Shown here: one piece after another, positions 14,528-23,248 of the stretch
Layout of the letters: each line of letters opens with the position of its first letter
Numbering within the stretch: position 1 is the first letter of the stretch
Origin: Synechococcus sp.
Lineage (GTDB): Bacteria; Cyanobacteriota; Cyanobacteriia; PCC-6307; Cyanobiaceae
Direction: 5' to 3'
Assembly (NCBI GenBank): GCA_047285535.1
Contig: JBJBDC010000001.1
Location: 2,880,136-2,944,135, forward strand
DNA length: 64,000 nt
Made by a program: the position numbers and the translations under genes
The notes under the pieces: generated by a model
What the model saw: only the letters and a program-made list of their open reading frames with translations
What the model was told of the DNA's origin: nothing
Databases searched by the model: none

Positions 14528-16035
14528 ACCTGCGGAACGAGACGCTCCGCTTCGTTTTGATCCACCATGGCTAATCGGCAGCGACGTGCGAGAACATCCG
14601 TGGCCGTTCTCGCATGCTCAGCGTTGATTGCATGGCGCAGTTCACCACGACAGATGGGCATCACGTCGCTCAGTGGTTGGCGATCGTTTGCATCCCAGCT
14701 GGCGACAAGTGCAGCAGCTTCCAATCCGAAACTGGCTTGCAGGTGGGCGATCTGTTGGCCTTGAAGTGTCGTCTCCGGTAGCAGACGCTTCAGAGCGCTC
14801 ACCTGCTCTCGAAGGAGTGAGGGAGTTCGCTGAGGGTCCTCATCGGAACCAATCAGAGGCAAGGCAGACGGTTTGGGTAAGCGTGATCCGAGTCTCTCTT
14901 CCACCTCTTTAAGCGTGTCGATCGCCATGGGTCGGCAGGTGGTCCATTTGCCTCCCATGACGCTAATGAGACCACTTTCTAATCTTTCAACTTCGTGCTC
15001 TCGCACGACCCTGCTGCTGTTGAGATCAGCATCCGCTGGCTTGAGTAGCGGTCTTCCACCAGCCCAGCAACTGCCTACATCGGGATTACCTAGATCGGGG
15101 AACCAGCGCCGGACGTAATTCAGCAAGTAGTTTTTTTCAGTTTCTGACGGCACTGCTGCGTCGGCTTGCGGGCAGGGTGTGTCTGTGGTTCCGACCAAGG
15201 TGCGTCCAAAGAATGGCAACATGAACAGAACACGTCCATCATCGGTGGCTGGCAAGAGCAGGCCGATTCCCTGAGGGCAGAGATCAGCTCGTAAAACAAT
15301 GTGCACTCCCCTGCTCGTGAGCATGCGCATGGCGCAGTTGGGATCGGCCATTCGTCGGATGACATCAGCGTGGATCCCAGTGGCATTCACGATCGCCCTC
15401 GCCTCCCAACGCTCTCGCTCCCCCTTGCCGTTTTCGCTGATGACGGCAGCGATCTGACCACTGCCATCGCGCTCCAGCTCCTGAACCTTGGTGCGCGTGC
15501 GAATGACAGCGCCAGCCCGTTCGGCTGTCAGGGCCATTAGCAGATTCAAGCGGGCATCATTGAACTGCCCATCGCTGTAAGCCACTCCGCATTGAACCTC
15601 GGGACGAAGGAGAGGCAGTGCTTGCTTTAACTCGTTGGATGAGAGCAAACGGCTACTGCCAATCCCTGCACGACCGGATAGGGCGTCATAAAGACCAAGG
15701 CCGATTCGGTAGTAGGCCTGGCCTAGACGATTGTCACTGGGAAGAGCGAGTTCGAGACGTTGGGCCAAAAAGGGAGCTTGTTCCAACCAGTGTCCGCGTT
15801 CAAGAAGTGCTTCACGCACCAAACGCAATTGAGCTAGGTCGGCTGTTTTGAAGGCAAGCTCGAGGTAGCGAACGCCTCCATGCAGCAGCTTGGTACTCCG
15901 ACAACTGGTGCCGCTTCCTAAATCATGGCTCTCCAGCAACGCAACCCGCAGGCCGCGACGCACCGCCTCATAGGCCACGCTGCAGCCACTGGCGCCGCCA
16001 CCAATGACGACGAGATCGAACTGTTGATCAACCAT
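14452..16035 (-). CDS. glpD: FAD-dependent glycerol-3-phosphate dehydrogenase
   Basis: IGGGASG, TSCRSTKLLHGGVRYL, GGKWTT; lies directly downstream of glpK. Confidence 0.94.
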   Translation of the reverse strand: MVDQQFDLVVIGGGASGCSVAYEAVRRGLRVALLESHDLGSGTSCRSTKLLHGGVRYLELAFKTADLAQLRLVREALLERGHWLEQAPFLAQRLELALPSDNRLGQAYYRIGLGLYDALSGRAGIGSSRLLSSNELKQALPLLRPEVQCGVAYSDGQFNDARLNLLMALTAERAGAVIRTRTKVQELERDGSGQIAAVISENGKGERERWEARAIVNATGIHADVIRRMADPNCAMRMLTSRGVHIVLRADLCPQGIGLLLPATDDGRVLFMLPFFGRTLVGTTDTPCPQADAAVPSETEKNYLLNYVRRWFPDLGNPDVGSCWAGGRPLLKPADADLNSSRVVREHEVERLESGLISVMGGKWTTCRPMAIDTLKEVEERLGSRLPKPSALPLIGSDEDPQRTPSLLREQVSALKRLLPETTLQGQQIAHLQASFGLEAAALVASWDANDRQPLSDVMPICRGELRHAINAEHARTATDVLARRCRLAMVDQNEAERLVPQVQDLLNEAGIDPLLSSEVSDLNLSC

Positions 16036-17533
16036 TCCAGTGCAGGCTTCTAGTGACAGCGTCGTCCCATCGCTGCCGCCAGCGTTGTCGTTGCTCCTGC
16101 GTTTGCTTTGGTTTAAACATTGTGGAATTGTTGGTTCGATTCGGAAGTAAATCCTTGAGGTCTGCAATTGCTCCTGCTTGCAATCCGGCAAGTAGAGCAA
16201 CTCCACGAGCTGTGCTTTCGAGATGGGCTGGACGGCGCACCCCTAGCCCGGTGCTGTCTGCTTGAGCCTGCAATAAAAGGTCTGAGGCCGCAGCTCCTCC
16301 ATCCACAGCAAGCTCTCCAAGACCATGCCCCATTGCTTGCTCTGTCAACTCGACAAGACTTGCCACAGAAAGTGCGATTCCTTCCAAGGCGGCGCGGGCG
16401 ATATGGCCACGGCAGGTGTCGCGCGTAAGTCCAATCAATACGCCACGAGCATTGGGATCCCAGTGTGGTGTGCCCCATCCAGTGAAGGCGGGCACAAGCA
16501 TCACTCCAGCAGCATTGTCAACTTCTTGCGCGAGTGGATTCACCTCCTCTGCACTGCCAATGATTCCTAAGCCATCTCGCAGCCACTGCACCACCGTTCC
16601 AGCATTGAATAAGCTTCCTTCTAAGCAATAGGTGGCTGTGCCCTGCTCATCCGTCCAGCCGAGGGTGCTCAGCAGGCCAGCATCGGAGTAGCGGATGGAG
16701 TCTCCAGTGTTCACGACGAGGAAGGCACCTGTGCCGTAAGTACATTTGCCTTCTCCTGGTTCTAGGCAAAGTTGCCCCAGAGTGGCCGCCTGCTGGTCGC
16801 CGAGTAGGGCTTGAATCGGTACTCCAGCGAAAGGTAAGCCCGCTTGGATTGCACCGAAATCTCCACGGCATGGCTTGAGGTCGGGCAGCGCATGCTGAGG
16901 AAGCCCAATTTCAGCGCAGGCTTCATCGATCCATCGGCGTTGTTCTAGATCCATCAGCAAGGTGCGACTGGCATTGCTCATGTCTGATGCATGGATTTTG
17001 CCGCCACTGAGCTGCCAAAGCAGCCAGCTCTCTACAGTCCCAAAACAGAGATCACCTTGGCCAGCCGCAGTACTTGCGGCGGGCTCATTGTCAAGAAGCC
17101 AACGAATTTTGCTCGCACTGAAATAGGGGTCCAGCATCAGGCCGGTCTGAGCTCTCCAGCTCGCTTCGAGTCCGTTGTTTTTCCACTGTTGACACAGGTT
17201 GGAAGTGCGGCCGTCCTGCCAGACCAGTGCAGGGCCACAAGGGCTGCTATCACTTCGCTTCCAGAGTGTGGTGGTTTCACGCTGGTTGGTAATGCCACAG
17301 CTGATCACCGCCTGCCGCTGTTCCGGAGTGATCGTCTGCTCAAGGCGTTTCATCGCCAGGCGTTGGCTCTCCCAGATGTCTGTTGGATTTTGTTCCACCC
17401 AGCCATCGGCGGGGTAATGAATTTCAAGAGGAGCCGAGGCGCTCGCCACTGGGCATCCATCTGTATCGAATAAAGCAGCACGTGAGCTGCTTGTGCCTTG
17501 ATCTAATGCCAGCAGGAGAGGTGCAGCTGCCAT
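16028..17533 (-). CDS. glpK: Glycerol kinase
   Basis: ALDQGTSSSRA, GITNQRET, DPYFSASK, GDQQAA, KCTYGTG. Confidence 0.97.
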   Translation of the reverse strand: MAAAPLLLALDQGTSSSRAALFDTDGCPVASASAPLEIHYPADGWVEQNPTDIWESQRLAMKRLEQTITPEQRQAVISCGITNQRETTTLWKRSDSSPCGPALVWQDGRTSNLCQQWKNNGLEASWRAQTGLMLDPYFSASKIRWLLDNEPAASTAAGQGDLCFGTVESWLLWQLSGGKIHASDMSNASRTLLMDLEQRRWIDEACAEIGLPQHALPDLKPCRGDFGAIQAGLPFAGVPIQALLGDQQAATLGQLCLEPGEGKCTYGTGAFLVVNTGDSIRYSDAGLLSTLGWTDEQGTATYCLEGSLFNAGTVVQWLRDGLGIIGSAEEVNPLAQEVDNAAGVMLVPAFTGWGTPHWDPNARGVLIGLTRDTCRGHIARAALEGIALSVASLVELTEQAMGHGLGELAVDGGAAASDLLLQAQADSTGLGVRRPAHLESTARGVALLAGLQAGAIADLKDLLPNRTNNSTMFKPKQTQEQRQRWRQRWDDAVTRSLHWNG

Positions 17534-17590
17534 GGCATGGCTATCTTCGTTTCTTACTTGCTAGCGATGGCACCAGAGGCCTGCCAAGAA

Positions 17591-19036
17591 ATGGCTGAGA
17601 CACAAAGAATTGGCCGGTTTCCCTCCTGGGTTGGTGAGGCGGTTGTGTATCAGGTGTTTCCTGATCGTTTTTGTCGCAGTGGCCTTGTCGATGCTCAACG
17701 GGGTCTATTGCTGCAACCTTGGGGCACAGAGCCTGAGAAACAGGGTTTTCAGGGGGGTGATCTCTATGGCGTGATCGATTCTCTGGACCACCTTCAGAGG
17801 TTGGGAGTGACCTGTCTTTATCTCACTCCTGTGTTCAGCTCGGCGGCCAACCATCGCTATCACGCCTACAACTACTACGAGGTGGATCCACTCCTGGGAG
17901 GGAATAAGGCGCTTGATGCCCTAATTGCTGCAGTGCACCAACGCGGCATGCGCTTGATCCTGGATGGGGTGTTCAACCATTGCGGCCGTGGGTTTTGGGC
18001 CTTTCATCACCTGCTTGAAAACGGTGATCGCTCCCCTTATCGCGACTGGTTTCATGTGTATGAGTGGCCGCTACGGCCTTATCCGCGCAAGGGCCAGAGC
18101 TGTGGCTACAGCTGCTGGTGGAATGATCCTGCATTGCCGAAGTTCAACCATCATCATCCGGCCGTGAAGGAGTACCTACTGGCCATAGGCAAGCACTGGT
18201 TGGAACGGGGAATCGACGGTTGGCGTTTGGACGTGCCAGATGAGGTGCCAGCTGCGTTTTGGTTGGACTTCCGACGCATGGTGAAAGGAGTGAACCCCGA
18301 AGCCTGGATTGTGGGTGAGATTTGGGGAGATGCCAGGCCCTGGCTTCAAGGGGAGCATTTTGATGGGGTGATGAATTACCGCGTGGGTTGGAGCAGCCTG
18401 TGTTGGGTAGCCGGCTCTCGTTTACGACGCAGCTATCGCAACCCGATGTATCCCTTGCAGCCACTCGATACAGCTGCATTGCTGGAGATTTGGTCTGAAA
18501 CCCAAGGTTGGTATTGCCTGGAAGTGAATCGTTCCCAGCTCAACCTGCTGGATAGCCACGATGTTCCTCGGGCTCTCAACACCCTGAAAGGAGATGTTTC
18601 CGCCCTGGCCTTGGCTTTGTTGTTGTTGATGCTTCAGCCGGGAGCACCCTGTCTCTATTACGGAACTGAAGTGGGGCTGGATGGCGGTGCGGAACCAGCC
18701 TGTCGTGAAGCTATGCCCTGGGGTGCACCCTGGCCTCATGATTTGTGTCAGACGATCCAGGCTTTGATCCAGGTTCGCCAACAGATTGCTGCTGTGCAGG
18801 ATCGTGGGTTGTCTTGGCAGGCCAGTGGAAGTGATGGCCTGATTGGTCGAGGCCCTGGGGTGGTGATCGTGGTGAATCGCTCCAGAACAAAAGGATTGCG
18901 ATTCGATCCTCAAGAGCTTGATCAGGACCTGTGGGGTGTACAAGCCTTAGTGGGGAATTACCAGGCCTCGCGCCATACTCTGAGCCCGCAATCGGCGGTG
19001 CTGTTTAGGGGAACCGATGAACAGAGAAGGTCTTAG
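17591..19036 (+). CDS. GH13 neopullulanase/cyclomaltodextrinase-like glycosidase
   Basis: YQVFPDRF, GGDLYG, DGVFNH, GWRLDV, GEIW, DSHD. Start could be 17537, 17567 or 17591. Confidence 0.9.
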   Translation: MAETQRIGRFPSWVGEAVVYQVFPDRFCRSGLVDAQRGLLLQPWGTEPEKQGFQGGDLYGVIDSLDHLQRLGVTCLYLTPVFSSAANHRYHAYNYYEVDPLLGGNKALDALIAAVHQRGMRLILDGVFNHCGRGFWAFHHLLENGDRSPYRDWFHVYEWPLRPYPRKGQSCGYSCWWNDPALPKFNHHHPAVKEYLLAIGKHWLERGIDGWRLDVPDEVPAAFWLDFRRMVKGVNPEAWIVGEIWGDARPWLQGEHFDGVMNYRVGWSSLCWVAGSRLRRSYRNPMYPLQPLDTAALLEIWSETQGWYCLEVNRSQLNLLDSHDVPRALNTLKGDVSALALALLLLMLQPGAPCLYYGTEVGLDGGAEPACREAMPWGAPWPHDLCQTIQALIQVRQQIAAVQDRGLSWQASGSDGLIGRGPGVVIVVNRSRTKGLRFDPQELDQDLWGVQALVGNYQASRHTLSPQSAVLFRGTDEQRRS

Positions 19037-19126
19037 CTAGGTCTCTGTGGATTTCAGCGTCACACAGCGAAACATCTCTCTTCTGATTCTGTTTCCCACA
19101 CTTCGGGTGCCGAGAAGTGAGGAATA

Positions 19127-19198
19127 AGCCCTTGACGAGAATTGAACTCGTGACCTCTCCCTTACCAAGGGAGTGCTCTGCCGCTGAGCTACAAGGGC
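19127..19198 (-). tRNA. tRNA-Thr(GGT)
   Basis: Reverse strand GCCCTTGTAGCTCAG...CTTGGTAAG...GTTCAATTC...AAGGGCT. Confidence 0.97.
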
Positions 19199-19208
19199 GT
19201 GTGGGGGA

Positions 19209-19290
19209 TGGGCCGGGTTGGATTTGAACCAACGTAGGCAGAGCCAGCGGATTTACAGTCCGCCCCCATTAACCACTCGGGCACCGACCC
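19209..19290 (-). tRNA. tRNA-Tyr(GTA)
   Basis: Reverse strand GGGTCGGTGCCCGAGTGG...CTGTAAA...long variable arm...GGTTCAAATCC...GGCCCA. Confidence 0.97.
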
Positions 19291-19358
19291 GAACCACACA
19301 CGGAGACATTACCAGCACGTCAGTCGATACCATCACTGAATCCTCTTTTTATTGGGCC

Positions 19359-19814
19359 ATGCGCCTGTTGCTGCTCAACGGCCCCAATCTCAATCTTCTT
19401 GGTCAGCGGGAACCAGGCCTTTATGGCCACCAAACCCTTGATGAGATTGAGACGGGGCTGCGTGAGCGGGCTTCCTCCAATGGTGTGAACCTGCAGTGCT
19501 TCCAAAGCAATTTTGAGGGCGCTTTGGTCGATCGCATCCATCAGGCGATGGGGCAGGTGGATGGAATCTTGATCAATGCAGGGGCTTTCACCCATACCTC
19601 CATCGCGATCCGCGATGCCCTATTGGGGACTGCAATTCCCTATGTGGAGTTGCATCTGAGTAATACCCATGCACGTGAATCCTTCCGAGAGCGCTCGTTT
19701 TTGGCCGACCGTGCAATCGGTGTGATCTGTGGTTTTGGGCCCGTGAGCTACGACTTGGCCCTAGATGGTTTGGTTTGTTATCTACGGAAATTCATGGATG
19801 GAAAGGAAGCCTGA
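19359..19814 (+). CDS. aroQ: Type II 3-dehydroquinate dehydratase
   Basis: [31 protein letters not shown]. True start is ATG 19359; the ORF-track start overlaps the tRNA. Confidence 0.97.
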   Translation: MRLLLLNGPNLNLLGQREPGLYGHQTLDEIETGLRERASSNGVNLQCFQSNFEGALVDRIHQAMGQVDGILINAGAFTHTSIAIRDALLGTAIPYVELHLSNTHARESFRERSFLADRAIGVICGFGPVSYDLALDGLVCYLRKFMDGKEA

Positions 19815-20434
19815 TGGCATTGAGTTCAGTCGCCGCAATCCGTTGGCTGGCTGCTCCCACTAGCGCTACTTGGGTGGAGCAAGCAATCGCCAGGCCCATT
19901 GAAGTTTTGATTGATCATGCGCACTGCGAGCGCAAGGCAGCGGGGGCAGCGGTTCAGCTGATGTTTCGTTATCTCTGCGAACCAGGCTTGAGTGAGGCAC
20001 TGAGTCCTCTGGCCCGTGAGGAGCTGCAGCACTTTGAGCTGGTGCTTGCGTTACTTCAGGCCCGAGGTCGTTATCTCGAGCCATTGCCTTCCCCTGGTTA
20101 TGGCGCATTCCTAGCCAAGCACATTCGAAAAGGGGAGCCGCAACGCATGTTGGATTCGTTTTTGGTGGCCGGTCTGATTGAGGCGCGGAGTCATGAACGG
20201 ATGGCGTTGTTGGCAGAGCACAGCCCGGAGCCGGATTTAAGTGATCTTTATGGAAGTTTGCTGAAGAGTGAGGCTCGCCATTTTGGTCTTTATTGGTTGT
20301 TATGCGAGCAGCGTTGGGATCGGTCGGTGATTGTGCCTCGCCTGGAGGCTTTGGCGCAGGTTGAAGTCGAAGCTCTGAGAGGAGTGTTGGACAAACCTGA
20401 AGATGTTCGAATGCATAGTTGTGGAGTTGAGTAA
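19814..20434 (+). CDS. miaE: tRNA-(ms2io6A) hydroxylase
   Basis: DHAHCERKAA, EELQHF, IEARSHER and SEARH di-iron motifs; TGATG coupling to aroQ. Confidence 0.93.
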   Translation: MALSSVAAIRWLAAPTSATWVEQAIARPIEVLIDHAHCERKAAGAAVQLMFRYLCEPGLSEALSPLAREELQHFELVLALLQARGRYLEPLPSPGYGAFLAKHIRKGEPQRMLDSFLVAGLIEARSHERMALLAEHSPEPDLSDLYGSLLKSEARHFGLYWLLCEQRWDRSVIVPRLEALAQVEVEALRGVLDKPEDVRMHSCGVE

Positions 20435-20635
20435 GGAGGCTGATCTCTGTCTCTAGCGCTGGGAATGAATCAAAATCGTAGAGAATTTATGCAGCGATTT
20501 TTTCTGTGGTTCTCTTGAGAAAAGCTATTAGGAGTTAGGCTGAATCCTGTTTTAAGGTGGAAAGATTTGCTTCAAGATGATGTTATTGGCGTTTGATTTG
20601 TTTGGTATTGGTTTGTATTAAGTTCTTTTTGAGCC

Positions 20636-21003
20636 ATGAACCGCCGTAGCTTTCTGCCCTCCGGCTTTGGGGATACGTTGATTGCTTTGAATAACCCTTG
20701 AGAATCAAGCCTTGATGCGAACTATCCCGCCTGATAAGCAAGCGTCTCGCATTGCAGGTTAATTCAAATTTAATAATCCTAAGGTATTGGATGATTTTAT
20801 TGTCTCGCATGTCTGGGATTGGGTGACCTAGTCATCGATTAAAAACCCTTTGGATTTGTCAAATTAGGCCAGGGTAAGAAAATCAGGGAGATGTAAGTCT
20901 CAGTCGGTAGGCTTCACTGGGCTGGTGATCGGATCACCCTAAAGATAGATTGGATTGAAGGAGCTATTGAGTCAGGGTTGAGGGCTGCGCGGAACATTGA
21001 CCC
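20636..21003 (+). pseudogene. Relic of a flavin-dependent amine/L-amino-acid oxidase with a possible Tat signal
   Basis: MNRRSFL at 20636, then ...DFIVSHVWDWVT*, a frameshift, and FGFVKLGQGKKIREM*VSVGRLHWAGDRITLKIDWIEGAIESGLRAARNIDP, which matches the C-terminal FAD-binding motif of amine oxidases. In-frame stops and a frameshift. Confidence 0.75.
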
Positions 21004-21878
21004 CTCCTTCTCCCCAGTTTTTTATTTCATTCGTGCTGAAAAAGCTTGCCGATCTTCTTGGTGATTAGAACTCTAAGCTGAATCTAGCCTGGCTTTATCA
21101 AAGCTCTTGTTGGAGTCTTTTGTTTAAAGGTATTCGCGTCATTGATGGTCTTCTTGGTTGATCTGCATGAGGGTGGCTCACATGTTCTAGGGCTTTTGCC
21201 TCTCGACTAAGGCATATTAATTTCAGTGCTTGAATCTTCAATGCTTAGCTCGCCTTTGGAGTGAGTTCGTTAATGCTCGCGAGTCTAAAAAGTTACTCCT
21301 TTGCACAGTAGTGGTGTGGATATTCGCTGATTATCTGCGCCTCTTCTCTCCGTATATTCGTTTACGGTGAGTCTGTACTGCTTCACTGCATATCATGATT
21401 TTGGGGAGGGTGCGGGTGGTTTTAACGCTTCTGCCGATGTTCGTGCAGAAATGTTGTCGTAGTTGTGCTGTCTTGGTCTGATCTTGATCGGAGTTGACGT
21501 GCATCGTGTCGATGGTTTGGTCGTTCTATTTTCGTTGAAAAACAGTGATTTCTGCTTCCTAGGTGTTCAAAATCTCGACTTGATCTGCTTCTTGCTTTAA
21601 CGATGGCTTTGGGAGCCAGCGTTCAAAGTTGATGCCTCGTGTTTGGAGTTGTTCGCGAATTTTTCAGCGTCGGATGTGCAGAAAACACCGGTAGGTGCTG
21701 CGCTGCTGACAGCTGTTTTTGTTGAAAAAATGCTCAGCTGAGTCATCAGCGCACAGTCTGCATTAATCGGTTTTTGTTTAGCCCCGTCAGGGTTGTCCAG
21801 TTGGTGTGTGATCAGCGGTACGCGCCAATCGGTGTTGGAGATGCAGCCATCTTTAATGGTGTCTTGAGCTTGGATCCT

Positions 21879-22625
21879 GTGCCTCACTCTCTGCAATTGA
21901 TCGGAGTAGGACCTGGTGATCCAGAGCTTCTCACCATTGCTGCTGTCCGTGCGATTGAAGCTGCGGATGTGGTGGCTTATCCCGTGGCGCGAGCGAATGC
22001 AGATGGGATGGCTTGCTCCATCGCCTCGCGTTGGATTCGCTCAGATCAGCGGCGGTTACCTCTGATCTTTCCGATGGTCACTGAAGCGGAGCCCCGTTTA
22101 AAGGCTTGGCGTCATGCCGCCGACAGCCTTGCTTCAGAGGTGCGACGCGGACTTGCAGTGGTTTTGCTATGCGAAGGCGATCCATCACTGTTTGCAACTG
22201 GCAGTTATGTGCAACTGGCACTTCGCCATCAGCATCCTGATCTGCTCTTCAGGGTGATTCCAGGCATTCCATCCGTCTGTGCAGCAGCAGCTGCCAGTGC
22301 TGACTTGGCGATGGACTGGCCGCTTGCTTTACAAGAGGACGGGTTGCTGATCCGCCCCTGTCCTGACCAAGAACTCGAACTGGTGGCATTGCTTGATTTG
22401 GCTCGCTCGAGCTCCATGGTGCTGGCTTTAATCAAGCTGGGAAAGCGTTGGGCATGGGTTAGGGCCTGTTTAGAGACTCGTCAGCTTCTTGATTGCTCTT
22501 TATTCGCGCAAAGGGTTGGTTGGCCTGATCAGGTGTTGGCACGGGCAATCGATCTGCCTGGTGGAATACAGCCATATTTCTCCATGCTGCTGGTTCGGCA
22601 GACTTGGCCTGAGGTGTTGCCTTGA
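21879..22625 (+). CDS. cobI: Precorrin-2 C20-methyltransferase
   Basis: IGVGPGDPELLTI, CEGDPSLF, IPGIPS, PYFS. Start is approximate (21864 or 21879). Confidence 0.9.
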   Translation: MPHSLQLIGVGPGDPELLTIAAVRAIEAADVVAYPVARANADGMACSIASRWIRSDQRRLPLIFPMVTEAEPRLKAWRHAADSLASEVRRGLAVVLLCEGDPSLFATGSYVQLALRHQHPDLLFRVIPGIPSVCAAAAASADLAMDWPLALQEDGLLIRPCPDQELELVALLDLARSSSMVLALIKLGKRWAWVRACLETRQLLDCSLFAQRVGWPDQVLARAIDLPGGIQPYFSMLLVRQTWPEVLP

Positions 22626-22651
22626 TTGATAGCGTTCCGTTTCTCACTTCC

Positions 22652-23248
22652 ATGAACTGGATCGGGCTGATTCATCCCGTTTTGATGATTCTGTTCGTTT
22701 ATCCGGTGGTGGGGGCCACGATTCGGTTGGGCATTTTGGCTCGGGAACGAAGGCTGGACCTCAATCCGATAGCCCCTACGGTGCCGGTCGAGCATGCCGA
22801 CCATGGTCGTTGGGTCACCGGGGGGATGGTCTTGGCGGTGTTGGTGGCGTTGTTTCACAACGCACTGGCTGGAGGGATGCAGTCTGATCAGATGCTGGGT
22901 TTTTTGCTGGCTGTAATTGGTGCTGCAGCGGCTTACGTGGCGTTGTTAGGTGCCAAAGGAGTCATCGCAAAGATGTTGTGGGCAGCAGCCTGTTGGTTCA
23001 CCCTGATCCTGATTGCCTCACAGCCTGCCTTGCTCCAGTGGCGTCAGGCCTACCCAACAGCGGTTTGGCAGTCGCATCTTTGGGGTGGTTCAGCTCTCAT
23101 CGCCCTCATGTTGGCTGCCGTGGTGATGCAGAAGCAGATTGCTGGTCGGCTCTGGATGCGACGGCTGCATGTGTCGATGAATATTGTTGTTGCTTTGTTG
23201 CTAGCCACGCAGGCAATCACGGGGACGCGGGATCTTTTCATGCGCTGA
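22652..23248 (+). CDS. DUF4079-like membrane protein with conserved histidines
   Basis: LIHPVLM, HADHGRW, WQSHLWGG, RRLHV, QAITGTRDL; several transmembrane helices. Confidence 0.75.
   Translation: MNWIGLIHPVLMILFVYPVVGATIRLGILARERRLDLNPIAPTVPVEHADHGRWVTGGMVLAVLVALFHNALAGGMQSDQMLGFLLAVIGAAAAYVALLGAKGVIAKMLWAAACWFTLILIASQPALLQWRQAYPTAVWQSHLWGGSALIALMLAAVVMQKQIAGRLWMRRLHVSMNIVVALLLATQAITGTRDLFMR

Noticed and set aside
19127..19290. tRNA-Thr/Tyr as an integration site for a prophage or island
   Set aside because: No integrase is present, I saw no duplicated tRNA 3' end, and the flanking genes are housekeeping.
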